The notes below the pieces were generated by a model, which saw only the letters and a program-made list of their open reading frames with translations, was not told the DNA's origin and did no database searches. Below are positions 39,582-51,946 of a stretch of DNA of 64,000 nucleotides, one piece after another; positions within the stretch are counted from its first letter, which is position 1; each line of letters starts with the position of its first letter. The DNA is from Pocillopora damicornis (lineage: Eukaryota). The DNA lies in NCBI RefSeq assembly GCF_003704095.1, contig NW_020846866.1, positions 1 through 64,000 of the forward strand, read 5' to 3'. The translations under genes and the position numbers were made by a program.

Positions 39582-40283
39582 ATGGCTCACAGCAAGGGAC
39601 AATCGTTTCGTTCTTTCTCTTACGAGGAAGAACTACAGAGAGCAAAAGGGCTGAAAGAGGATTTGGATAAAGGAGGCTGGCGTCAAGTGCACATGAGCCC
39701 CGGTGCTTGTTACTGGATGAAAACATTCTATAATGATGAGGTTCCTATTAAGAGTCTCTTCACGTTTGACATGCCAATGCCCGCCGAAAAGTTCGTGGAA
39801 ATGTTGAACCCATCCAACCAGGAGATTCGCAAAAAGTGGGATGAAGTATTTAAAGATCATGTTATTTTAGAAGCTTACCCTGACAATGGCGGTTACTTAA
39901 CCTCAAGCCGAATAAAAACGACTTGGCCGCTAGCTGATCGGGAATTCCTGTTGTTCATACCCCCCGTCATACAAGTTGACTGGTATGGGAAAAAATCGTG
40001 GTTTATCATTCAGAAAAACGCTTGGCACCTATCAAAACCCGAGGGCGAAAATGGTCTGGTGAGGGCAACTAATGGTGGAAACTTTTACATTGTTACACCA
40101 GACGACGAACGGCCAGAAGCGGCGTGTAAAGTGTTCAGCCTAACAAACAATAACTACAACGGCAGGCTACCCAAGACAAGGATGGAATGGATGCTTAGCC
40201 GGGCTGTTCCGCGAGGCTTCAATGGGCTGCGAGCAAGCATGATCAACGGCTACAAGAAGTATTTCCAAAACGCACAAGAGTGA
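39582..40283 (+). CDS. Single-exon START/SRPBCC lipid-binding domain protein (233 aa)
   Basis: Clean ATG-to-TGA ORF. START hallmarks: GW near the N-terminus, RKKWD, WPLADREF, P.....VRA, N.NG.LP and a C-terminal amphipathic helix. AATAAA at ~40715. Confidence 0.8.
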   Translation: MAHSKGQSFRSFSYEEELQRAKGLKEDLDKGGWRQVHMSPGACYWMKTFYNDEVPIKSLFTFDMPMPAEKFVEMLNPSNQEIRKKWDEVFKDHVILEAYPDNGGYLTSSRIKTTWPLADREFLLFIPPVIQVDWYGKKSWFIIQKNAWHLSKPEGENGLVRATNGGNFYIVTPDDERPEAACKVFSLTNNNYNGRLPKTRMEWMLSRAVPRGFNGLRASMINGYKKYFQNAQE

Positions 40284-40959
40284 ATGGCGGAATCTTTCGG
40301 GTTCCTGGGTGTCTTAAATGAGACGTTTCACGGACTGTGGTTTGAGCACGGTTTGACGCTGCCTATCTAAGTATTTACGCGCTTAAATTTCCATATGAAA
40401 GAGTACAGTCTACCCACAAGCTGTAAAAATGCTTTTCAAGCAGTTAAAGTTAACAAAGGCTGCCATTAAGGACAAGACCCGAAAAAGGTTATTTCGTGAA
40501 TTCGTTATTTATTTTGTATGTATGCTTTATATGACTCCTGATAATGGTATAGTACTGCATGATTCTGGGTTCAAAATTTAAGAAATATTTTCTTTAGTCT
40601 CCTACTTCATTGCCTTATAAGACAGTTTTTTTGTTACAAAATAGCTTTGCTGTTCTAAATTTGTCCAGAAGCCGGTATAAATCGCCCGCCTGCCGCTCCC
40701 ACTAAAAATGATACAATAAAATGTATATTTAACAAGGCAGTATTTTTTCTATATCGGCTTTTCATGATCAATCTCACATCATGTCGGTGCGAAAGGAGGT
40801 CTCATTCAACTATTGCTGATGTTGTGTGTAAATATAGTTGTGTGTAGCGTCAACTGAGTGATCTCGTCCTTCATAGAGCGGATTTTAAATGGTCTTTTAG
40901 AGTATAAATGAAATAGACATAGTTTGATGCTACATAGTTTTGAAAATATGCCCCAAAGT

Positions 40960-41470
40960 CAAACCTAAGGATCCTGTCACGAAAGAACAACGAATGCACG
41001 CCATTTATTTCACCAAACCTAAGGATCCTGTCACGAAAGAACAACGAACCGACGCCATTTATTCTATTCCTCGCAATGACTGTGACTCGCAATGACTGTG
41101 AAACGAATACATCGGACAGACCAAACGTCAGTTTGGTACACGGTTAAAAGAGCACCAAAAAGCGGTTTTCCTGTGCAAAAAGGAAAATTCAGCTTTATCG
41201 GAGCATACGTGTCTAACTAACGTGACGATGGCGGTTTGCTTCCTGAAGTCTATTTACACCTCGTCAGAAAAAGAGACCGCTAATTAGTGATCATATAAAA
41301 GGACCTCTTGTTGCAGCGTCTAGATCACCCCTGATGAAGGCACTAGACACGAGTGTCGAAACGTTGGGTCTATGAATTGTAACTTCTTTGGTTACATTCA
41401 TTAAATCTGCAAACCAGAGTAGCATCAAACTATGTCTGATTGTCCACCTGGTTGCCGTGGGAACTTTAAT
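40960..41470 (+). mobile_element. Penelope-like element 3' remnant (GIY-YIG endonuclease fragment and pseudo-LTR)
   Basis: Reads PKPKDPVTKEQRTDAIYSIP..DC...EYIGQTKRQFGTRLKEHQKAV...SALSEH joined by a deletion to NRDDGGLLPEVYLHLV. There is a ~54-bp tandem duplication at the 5' end and a hammerhead motif downstream. Confidence 0.85.
41327..41369 (+). ncRNA. Minimal type I hammerhead ribozyme motif (Penelope-associated)
   Basis: ACCC-CTGATGA-A-GGCACT...AGTGTC-GAAA-CGTT-GGGT: core CUGAUGA/GAAA, helix II GGCACU/AGUGUC, helix I ACCC/GGGU and a palindromic AACGTT at helix III. Confidence 0.7.
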
Positions 41471-42282
41471 ATATGAATGAAATAGTTAACATCGGTTGGC
41501 TACTGATGCTTGTGGGCAGAAATATATCAGTACGTGACCTACAAGCCACCCTAATCGCCAGAGACGACAGGAACTTGGTCACGGGTACTTGTTTTGGTAA
41601 CCTTTCAATTTTAAAATTGTCAATTTATCCTTATAACAAAAGATATTCAGCCATGACATGTTTGTCAAAAACGCTTAATTCATATTGTTTCATACTAGTT
41701 TTTCGAAACAAGTTCTCAAATAATCTCATTTGCATTATTTTTGTAGAGAGAAGACCAATACTAATTGGCATTGTTGTGAGCTCAAATTCAGGCAATTCAC
41801 TGACATGGACCCCCTGAGCACCTCAACCTATCCTCCTAGTCCTCCCTCCCCACTATACCCATACCACACATCACGCAAGAAGTTGCAAGGCATCATGGGT
41901 CAACAAAATGGCGCTGGGTGACCCGGTAGTAGTTGATGCACATTATGACAATTAGTAACATCGCTTAAACACTGTTCATCGACAAGAAAAATTACTTTGA
42001 GAAATTTTCAATCAAGAAAACTCATCTCAGGGAGTAGAAGGGGACGTTTCAGCTTGTAGTGCGCTTACATTTGCTTCTCTTCTTCCAAGTAACTTCATCA
42101 AGTTATCAGTTGCATGTCCTTCGATGATTGAACTGTGGGTTGCATTGGCGAACAATATTCTGAATTCTCTGATAAAAATTGATGAGGATTTTCCACGAGG
42201 TAGTTTATTTATTAAGTTTTCATCAGATAGGAAGAGAATGCCATGACACTTAGAACTGTTTTCTTCCTCGGAACGGCAAGAA

Positions 42283-45200
42283 ATGGCGTGGTATTACGGT
42301 GTGAACAACTCGGAATTGTATGGATCGAATTTCTCCACCGTGTTAGCGGATGCACCACCTCCTTTAGACGACACGTACGACGAAGATGATGACGAAATCG
42401 TTTTCCCAAATGAAGCAAATAAATCAAAAGAGTACCATGGTGATAATGTAGCAGCTTCGGTTAAGAGAAGCAACGCCCGTGATGAAAAAATCAGTGATAA
42501 ATCAAAGCGCGATGGCGACTTAACAAACGTGAAGAATAGGTCAGGAGAACAAGAGGATTCGGATTTTGGCGACTTTGCTGGTTTTGCCGATTTTGGGTCC
42601 GCTTTTGAACAGGAAAATAACGGAGAATCACAAGACTGGTTCGCAAGTAATACAAATGGAAACAGCGTGGAAACAGCAAGTGGTCAACCAGCCATTGATG
42701 ACGAGTTCGCCGATTTTGCAGCATTTGGGGACAATAGGGACAGTCTGAATCCAGAAAGCATTGCCAATGGCGGTTTTAATCAAGGTGATTCAGCAGCTGA
42801 TGTCTTAAACAATTGTGACAAAAATGAAGGTAGAAATGAAGGTCTGCCAAGTAATGGTACTTTTGACAGTGAATCTGATGATGAATTTGGAGAATTTACA
42901 AGTACAGAGTTACCTTCAGTGAGCTCTGAACTGACCTCATCAGAAAGTGACAGCAAGAGTAGTGAACTTCAGACAGACCTTCAAATTAAAGGAAGAACTT
43001 GCGTGCAGGACAAAGTGAAATCTGATGGAATCAGTGACAAAAGTGAAACATCAGGTGTTGCATCAAATTATGATTTTGATGATGAAAAAGCAGTCAGCCA
43101 TTTAAGAGAAACAAGAGCTAATGGTACTCCAGAATTCTACAATAAGTTAAATGAGACTACTTATGATGTTCATAAAGAGATGCCATCATCTAAACAGGAG
43201 AGGAAAGTTTCTAACCACATCTTGAATTATGAAGACTCAGCACAGCTGAAAAATTCACCTGTAGCTGAATCAAAGACCCAAGAAAACATTGAAGAAGATG
43301 AAAAGACTGGCAGTAATTTATCCAGAAAACCTGATGAGATAAACATTACAAAGACAAACATGAGTGATTCCAGTAAAGTTGAACATGGTTCAGGTGCTGA
43401 AGTAGAACATGAGAACAATTATTCAGATGATGATGGATTTGATGAGTTTACTGACTTCACTCATTTTTCTTTGAGACCACCATCATTAGGTGATGACGAT
43501 GATGATGATGATGAGAAGCAATCTAATGAACAACTTGATTCATCTGGAATCTCAAAATCTGTAGGTAGTCAAGAAGGCATAGATTCATCATGTATAAAAG
43601 GCACTCTTGTGCAAGATAAGAATTGTGTTGTTGATGATGATGATGGTGATGACTTTGGAGATTTTGGTTCATTTAATGAAAATTTTGATCAAAGCTCTAA
43701 AAGTGATGCAGATTATGCTCTAGAGGACTCTAAACAAAAAAGATCACCCAATGACAATGGTGTGGCGGAAGATGATAATGACTTTGGAAACTTTCGCATA
43801 TCGAATTCTGAAGAGAGAACTTTACCATCTGACAATCAAGTCGAAAATGATTTTGGTGACTTTGGTGTATTTAATACAAGTACAAGAGATCCCCAAAACA
43901 ATGCTAATGATGATGATGACTTTGGGGAATTTGGTGCTTCTGATTCAGTAGGGAAAATGTTTCCTGCAGAAGATCAAGACAAGGAAAAATTGAGTGACTC
44001 TGATCATTTTGATTCAAATACTAAAGAGCTTCAAAAAGATAAAGACAGTAAGGATGACTTTACAGAGTTTGGCTCTCCTAGATTGGAAGGAAAAAATTCC
44101 ACAGCTGAAGATCAAGATGATGATTTTGATGATTTTGGTACATTTCGATCAAGTGGTGAAGATTCAAAAACTGATAGTAACAACTACACAGATGAATTTG
44201 GAGATTTTGGTAATTTTGCAAGCAGTAAGTCCAAAAACTCCCCAAAGCATGAGGACAATGATGACTTTGGTGACTTTAGCAATTTTGAGTCAAATACCAA
44301 AGTTAATCAGAGACACAATTCCAATGACAACAGCTTTGGAGATTTTGGAGCATTTGATTCCAATGCAAAGGATTCACAAGGAAAGAATGAAAGTGATGGT
44401 GAATTTGGCAGCTTTGGAAGTTTTGAATCAAAAGTGACAGACCTGCCAAAGAAGAAAGACGAGAACTTAAGCAATGTTGCCAAGTCTAAAGACGGAACTT
44501 CGGATTGGCAGCAAAATATTGAAAAGACAAAAAATGCTAATGACTCCAACAAAGATGATGATTTTGGTGATTTCAGTGGTGAAAGTAAGGAAGATGACAG
44601 TAGTTTTGCCTCATTCCCTTCCTCTAAGACTCTTATGGAATCCCCTAGAGAGACTGTTGTCCCTAAGGAAAAGTTAGGAGAAAGTCTGTATTTTGCTCCT
44701 GGCAATAATGTTGCCATAAAACAAGTGGGAGATCCTGTTTCTCTGTGCTTTACCACAGAAGTGAAGCATGTTTCACAACGTCAATGTGATGTTCTTTCTA
44801 TGAAAGTCAAGAAAGGTTTTCAGAGGTGGGTGCTTAGTTTTGGTAACCACAACTTTTTTTTTTGTTATAGTTGCAGGGATGCACTAGTGTAGCAGTGACA
44901 CTTTCATGATCACCATGGTGACGTTGATAGAGTAAATTGATCGCCAAAGTAACTTTTAAACAAAATGTTTCCACTGTTGCCCTTCTTTATGAGCAAAGTA
45001 CTGACCAAGAAAGAATTTCTCCTTACAATAACAGTGTATTATCAATCAGACAGGTGATGAGAATAAAGAAAAATATCAATGAAGGGATTATTGGTTGATC
45101 TGATACCAAATTCTGCTAACAAATATCATAAGCATTGTATGGCAGATAGAAAGGACAACTTATAATGAGATCTGGAAATGAAGATGTTATTAACAAATTA

Positions 45201-48200
45201 AAGATGTTGTCTTAGCACACTACAACAACTCATCTGGTTTTCCTTTAAAGTCAACCAAACTATTTTTCACTATCACCTTGATCAAGTTGTTGATACCTTG
45301 GGTCACTTTAATAAATTTTTCATTTCTCCTCAGTGAATTGGGATTGTGGTACCAACTGGAGCGTACTGATAAAGAAGGCAGAATACCCTTTCATTGGTTG
45401 AATTCATTCATCCAACACAAAAAATTTTTGTCCTTGAGGATACGACCAGACAGACCTCCTCCAATTCAGGTTAGAGTTATGCATCTACCACTGTGCACTA
45501 CATTTTACATTTCTCTTAGAAATTTAGATCTTTACTTGTAAGTTTTGAAAGCAAGATTGCAAGGTCTGTTCATTTCAAAAATAGAGAAGTGGATATCTTT
45601 GAATGAAAATCAGAGGCAACTAGTTAGTGGAATGACAACTTTGAGATGGATAAAGGCAATTTCTAAGTTTTATTTTTCTTGTGATCCTAGGGTGGATCCA
45701 TGCTGAAACCCACTGTGTCATCACAGTTTCCAACTTTTGGAGGTGGACCGGTAAGATTCAAGAATAATCATTTGAAGTTGCTTTGGGCAAACATTAAAAC
45801 ACTCTGTCATATTAGAACTATTTGTGAAGCCTCTTCAAATCAAGTTCCCAGGCATTTGGTTGTTTTACAACCTCAATTATCTGATAATCTGTCACATGAT
45901 TTCAATCACTCAAACTGGTTTCAAATGATGTTGTCACCTTAAGGGTTTTTAATTTATCTAATTGACTGATATATTTGTTATGATGTTTCATTCATGTAGG
46001 CTGGATCAATGTTGATGCCTGCACCTCCTGGTAAATTGTCAAATTCTTCAATTGGATTGGTAAGATGACTCCATAACATTTTTTTTAGGATTATGACCAA
46101 TATGGAAAGGATGAAGCTTATGCACCAGTACCTCACAACACATTAACACACATTGCTATTATCCCTGTGTTGGTTTGTTATACAGCTCTACTACAGTGTA
46201 TTCATCCTGTATGACTTAAGGAAGCTTATTTTTTTTTCTTCTGTGATAGTGCTGCATCAGAAGTCAGACACAGGCTTTTAGGTCTTAACAAAGCCTTGCT
46301 GTACTTAATTGGTTCACTGCTCATAGCTAAATTACCATTAACACTAATTTTTAATTTAATGATTTTGCTTTTTTTCTATTCACTGCCACCTATCACACAC
46401 AGGATTTCTTAGAGCCTGTGAAAGGATCACACCATGCAGTCCACAGCACTGCACAGGATATAACTGCAGGCCATCATTCAGTTCACCCTGAAATGGGTCT
46501 TCCAGATCTAAGTGTAAGTTTTGTCTGTGTCATAAGAAAATTGGGTGTTTAAATGCATGATACTTATATGGGTGCACATTTAAGTATTTCTCAAAACTCA
46601 AGTCAGTGAAGATTTAAAACTCTTCCTTATTACTGCCTGAAGTGGTTTGTCTGTTGAAAATTTTGCGATGTCCGCAAAGGTATCAGTAAATAAAAAGCCA
46701 CCCTTCAAAAACTTTGCATCCACACATATTTCCTAACACTGTATACAAAATGGTATTTGCCAGGGAGTAACTTTTTCTGTTGTGTTAATTGCAAATTTCA
46801 TTTTGACATAGTGGACTAAGATTTGATTTGGAAATTATTTTGTTTTCAGTTTGTGCTGGGTGGTGGGCTGAAACGCACTGCTTCAAAATCAGGTCAGTAG
46901 AATGTTTTTTTCTTTTGTTCAAGGAATAGAAGAGAAGCAATGCTAACCTTGTTACATATACAAGAAAGGAAGATGTGTTTAGGGTTAGGTCTAGGCCATA
47001 ACTGAAATTTGGAAAAGATTTTGTGGCATGTGGAATGGGTATATTATTGGGCATGGGAGGGTCAAATGTTCCAGTAAAGCACTCTCTCTACACTTAAGTA
47101 TGGGCAAGATGGAGGAAGCTTGGAGTGAGATAAAAGATTGGACATGCTGAAGAGGTTAGCTCAGGTCCCAATGCTTCTTGAAGTTTTTCCTCTGCAAGAT
47201 AGTAGTTATCACACTTACAGTAGGTAATGGTGCAAAGCATTTTAATGTCAATGTATTTTTTGGTATTTAACATGTTTTGACAGATTTCAAAGATAGTGTA
47301 TCAGCTACTACATCTGAACCATCTTCCCTTGACCTGGATATCTTCGCCTCCAGTAGGACTCAGACCTCAGATGCAAAGACAGGTATGCATTGTTGTTTTT
47401 ACTTATATGCACTGTGCATTTTAATATGCTATAAATCCTATACCACTCTTTCTTGTCCATTTTTTTTATATTTTTTATAGCACAAATGTACACTGATATG
47501 TGGGGCTTTTTCCAGCCCTGCTCACACAATTGCATACATCCCCTAACAAGAGAATGTTTTGACATTGTTTTTATAAACCAGGTTTACAGGGCTATACAAG
47601 TTATATTATATCATAATTATCACTTTGTAAATAGAGTAAGAGAGTTAGCAAGTTTTGAGCTCAGTAAAGAAATAGAGAAAGGTGTTTTTCATCTTGTCAT
47701 GAGCATGGGACAAAGAAAAATTCTGAGTCCCTATGAGGAATTGAACCTCAGACCTTTGGATTCCACACTGCGATGCTCTACCACTGAGCCACAGAGACTC
47801 TACAGTGAGTGAGATCTATTACAATGTTCATATGACATGCGTCCTGCATACTGCTAGGATCAGCAATGTCATTAGCATCATGTTTGTAAATAGAATAAGA
47901 GAAATGGTAAGAGATGGTAAGTAATGATTATCACTTTGCTTAGTTTCAGACTCCAGAGCCTTGTATGAGACAGACCTGTTGGATCTGGATATTTTCTCAT
48001 CATCAGTGGAACCTCAAAAGCTGGACAGCCCTAGGCCACAAAAACCATCCGACACAAATAAAGTGTGGCAACATGGAAGAGTCACTATACCTCTCTCATC
48101 GCAACAACATAAAGTACAATTGAGCGTTGCTGCCAAGACTGTTTTGAATGATCTTGAAGATTTAAGTTTTATGTGTTCATCAGTTCTTATGTTTCCCTTG

Positions 48201-48212
48201 AAGCCTGAATAA
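42283..48212 (+). CDS. AFTPH: Aftiphilin homolog (AP-1/clathrin accessory protein; 8 coding exons)
   Basis: Exons 42283-44825, 45334-45469, 45691-45750, 46000-46059, 46403-46513, 46850-46892, 47284-47382 and 47944-48212 (alternative in-frame acceptor at 47950), phase-consistent. N-terminal PPPLDD, many [DE]FxxF gamma-ear motifs, LW..L...F.W..S region and C-terminal L.DLSFM...VLMFP. Confidence 0.88.
47615..47925 (-). mobile_element. SINE-like repeat in aftiphilin intron 7
   Basis: tRNA-like segment on the minus strand (TGGCTCAGTGGTAGAGC...AGGTTCAATTCCT). The sequence TTTGTAAATAGA(G/A)TAAGAGA recurs near both ends. Confidence 0.55.
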
Positions 48213-48559
48213 CTTGCAAAATATGACTGAAAAATATGACATCCATACTGGATTCATTTAAAGAAATTATTTTAAAATCAAATTATGGGAAACATAAAGC
48301 CTTGTTTACCTACAAGTAATCTTTGTCTCAAATGATTTTATGTCATGCCTTAAAACTATAAAGGTTGAAGTTTTAAGCTCAGAGTGCTGACAGGAATTTC
48401 AGTGCTTCGTAATTTTTTTCTTCTCTGTTTTTGTGGGTAACCTCTAGGAGAAATCTCTCTGCTTAATTACAATATTTTGTTTTTTTACTGTATGGGGCAG
48501 CATTTTTCAGTAAAAACCTCTCTGCCACTATTGAATTTTGTGAAGATAGATTTCATTTA

Positions 48560-48775
48560 ATACCTTGACCCTCAAACTCCCAGATCAAATTTTTAATTCT
48601 CCTTACTGTCAACCATACAATTCTTATAATGTTAGTTCATAGAATTTAGTATTTGATCAACTAATTATCCCAAGTTGATATTTTTCTTTGTTCTCATTAC
48701 TTATCTGGTTGATATTGTATTAATACTGTAAGGAGAGATTCTGTCTCGGTCACTTATATGAGTTAAAGGGTTAAT
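48560..48775. mobile_element. Short interspersed MITE-like repeat family (other copies ~13060-13235, ~45010-45190, ~58805-59015)
   Basis: Imperfect TIRs TTGACCCT.AAACTCCCAGA / GAGTTAAAGGGTTAA. A shared internal body (ttaattctcctt...agaatttggt...ttttctttattctc) is seen in several orientations. Confidence 0.55.
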
Positions 48776-51700
48776 TGAATGTTATGTAGAAAAAAAAGAA
48801 AAGTGAGGTATTTAGATTTTTGTGGCGGCAAAGGAGAAGGAGGAAGTAGAGGTAATGCGTCACAGGTTGTAGTCAAAATTGTTTTAACTTATAGATGTAG
48901 GTTTGCCTTCACTTAAAGTATGGAAATTCTTCATTAAACAAAACATATTCTAGGAAATTTTGAGGAAAACTTGTCATCAGGCCAGGTATTCATGTGTCAA
49001 TTTTTTGTCAAAATAATTGTTTCTCTCAGATCATCAACTATCTTAGGAATTGGATCATTATCAAAAGAAATTCAGAAGCTCATACAAAGAGTGTAAAAAA
49101 TGTGTCCCACATTTTTTATTTTATGAAAGAAAATTTGTCTTGTGCGTAATGTTAGTATGTAAGTGTGGAGTAGAGCCAACTGCATGCTAGTCATGCCAAA
49201 TATATTGAATTTCTTACATATCCTTGCTAAATGTTACTTGTGTGGTAGTCACCAAAAATATGTTGTGCAAACAAGTTCTCTTTTTCAAGACTAGAATCGA
49301 ATTGTCGGCCAAATTTAAGAAAAGTGCATGATACATAAATATGATCCCTAGAACATGGTGGAGATGGTATGTATTGGAAAAAATCATTTCAACTCCAGTT
49401 ATTTGAGCAACTTGGGCTATACAGAATATATCCCAACCATACAACAGTGGTTGCTTGGATTTGGAAGCGATCTTCGCTGTAATAAAAACTTCTTAGGTAG
49501 TAGTGAAAATAAGGCCTGACTATAATTCAGGCCTGTTTGGGATCCTGTACAGGCCATAATTTTTTCCAGGCCTTATTTTCACCACTGCTTAAGAGTTAAT
49601 CACTGCTGCAAAGGTCGCTTCCAAATTCATTTGTTAAACCAGAGTTCACACATGATTTTCATATATTTACAGTCAGTGACAGGGAAATAGGAGTTTTTAT
49701 GAACATGCAAGTGTTGATAAAGGATGCACTTGTGAAGGGGAGGGGAGTGGTTAAAATGATGATGATGATGATGATGATAATAGTAATCAAACAGCATGAT
49801 TGACATAATATAAGTTTTTTTTACCTTTAATGAGAAATTAGGAGAATGGTCATCAGTGACTACTTTGAACTAAACATGTGCAGCTCTTCTTTTTTTTTAT
49901 TTCAGCTCAAATTTTTCCATGTAAAGTTTTGTTGCAGTAGCAGAATTGTTCATTGTATAAAATCTGCCATGGGGAACTGCTTCATTTACAGCTCTAAGAA
50001 ATCAAGGAACTATTTTGTGCTGCTTAATTTTTCTTTTACTTCGACATCCTCTCCTTGGGCAACCTACAGGCATTTGACTGACATCTGTGCCTGGGGTTGA
50101 GGAATTTGAACCTTGCTTGGTGAGGGTGGGGAATTTGAGCTGGAAGTGTCAAGTCTTTTCAGCTGAATACAAATATGGAGTATGTTAAAGGTAAACAATG
50201 GCTTAGAAGAAAAGGTCTACGAGGTTTTAAAGTGTGGCCAGTGTATAGAGATTTCCATTTTCACCAAAAAATTGGGCAAGGCATTTGAACACAATGTTTG
50301 TCCCAAGGGGTGAGAATTTGAACAAACCTATCTTCAAAAGTTCAAAGTCCAGGGGTGGGATGTTGAAGCTTCAAAATGAAGAAATAATAAATGCATAAGA
50401 GAGGAGGGTTGTGTACAGGGATTTTGCTTTATTTCAAGTCCTCCACCTTTAAATTTTTCCCTGCCATGACAAGTTCTTCCCATCAAGTACAAACAGGCTG
50501 AGTAGTACTCCCTGATTAAAAGGGGTGGGTGGTCATAGCAGGGGCAAACTTGCCTGAGATTGAAATCTCTGTTTACTTAACATAGCCCAGTTGATTAACA
50601 TCTGTCTAAACTTATGTAAAGTTCCCTTTAACTAAATCACTAGCATAGAGAATCCTATTTTTATTATACCTTGGTACTAAATAATATCTGTAAATAGCTC
50701 AGTATGTATTCAGCCTTAATATAGAATAAGATTTGCCATTTAAAGCTAAACGATGATTATTTTTTAGGAACATGACATAATTCCCAAGTAATTATGATAT
50801 CAATGGGAATTTAAAACCTGTTAAACTATTCTTTAGGGCAGAAAATTAATGAAGTAGTGACAATGCATATTGGTAAATCTTCATAGAAGCCATTGTTTGG
50901 TTTTGTAATGCAACACAATCTTTCCACCAGACTGTGTTGCATGACTAAAACCAAAAAAAAGCTGGAAAGGAGAAAAGATTGTTGACTGGCCTCAAGATAT
51001 TTGGATCAAAAGGAAATAACAATAACATTCATGAAAATATTTTGCCAAAGGCAAACAATAAATCTTGTAATTTTTGATCTAGGGATTAAGGGGGGAAATG
51101 TTATCTTTCTGTTAAGCCAATAGATTAAACAAAATAAGTAAATATGCATCCTTATCTGCTTCTAAAATGTGATTTATTCATTAAAAAATTGGCATGTTTT
51201 TTCAAAGAAAAAAAACTTCTGAAAAATTTTACACATCATATGTGCAGTTTCTTTGGAGAGTACCTCAATCTGTTTGCAGCTGTACTGCATGTATAGCCTA
51301 GAAGAATGCTCTGCTATTGCTCTTATCACTTGGATAAGCGCACTTATCAACCAGTATTCATCCTGATCACATTAGCACCTGTCCACTATCTCGCAAACGG
51401 TCAAAAACAAGGAGAGAATAAAAACTAGCGGCTTTATCTACACACACACAACTACACACACCCGGACGACTACACGAACTACTAGCGGCTTTGCAACTAA
51501 TGTACAGGGGATTACCGGTAAATGATATGTAAGTGGGTCTAACATTTACTTAATCCCGCGAATTTCCGGCCAGTGTGGAAGCCTACTGTTCAGAATGACA
51601 TGTGACAGGAAGTAGTTTTACCCACAAATAAACAAGATCATTCAATGTCGCACAATTATATCCTCCACTTGAAATCCTCGAAGACTGTTCCTTTTTGCTT

Positions 51701-51946
51701 CAACTTTATCGGAAATCCATGCTACATTATCTCATCGACTGAAGCAAGTTCCAAATGTCCATCCGTGTATGTTTTCGCTTCGGTTCTCGTGCGGGTGGCC
51801 ATTTCTCGCTTCCGTGTGTGTGCGGGAAGATCGTTTTGCGCATGACCGTTATGCCCACACTTCATTGAGAAATTAGGCCCGCGCGTGGAAAGTACCAGGA
51901 TATTGTAAGGTCTTTTAACTACTGCATTCCCAACAAATTTTTAACG

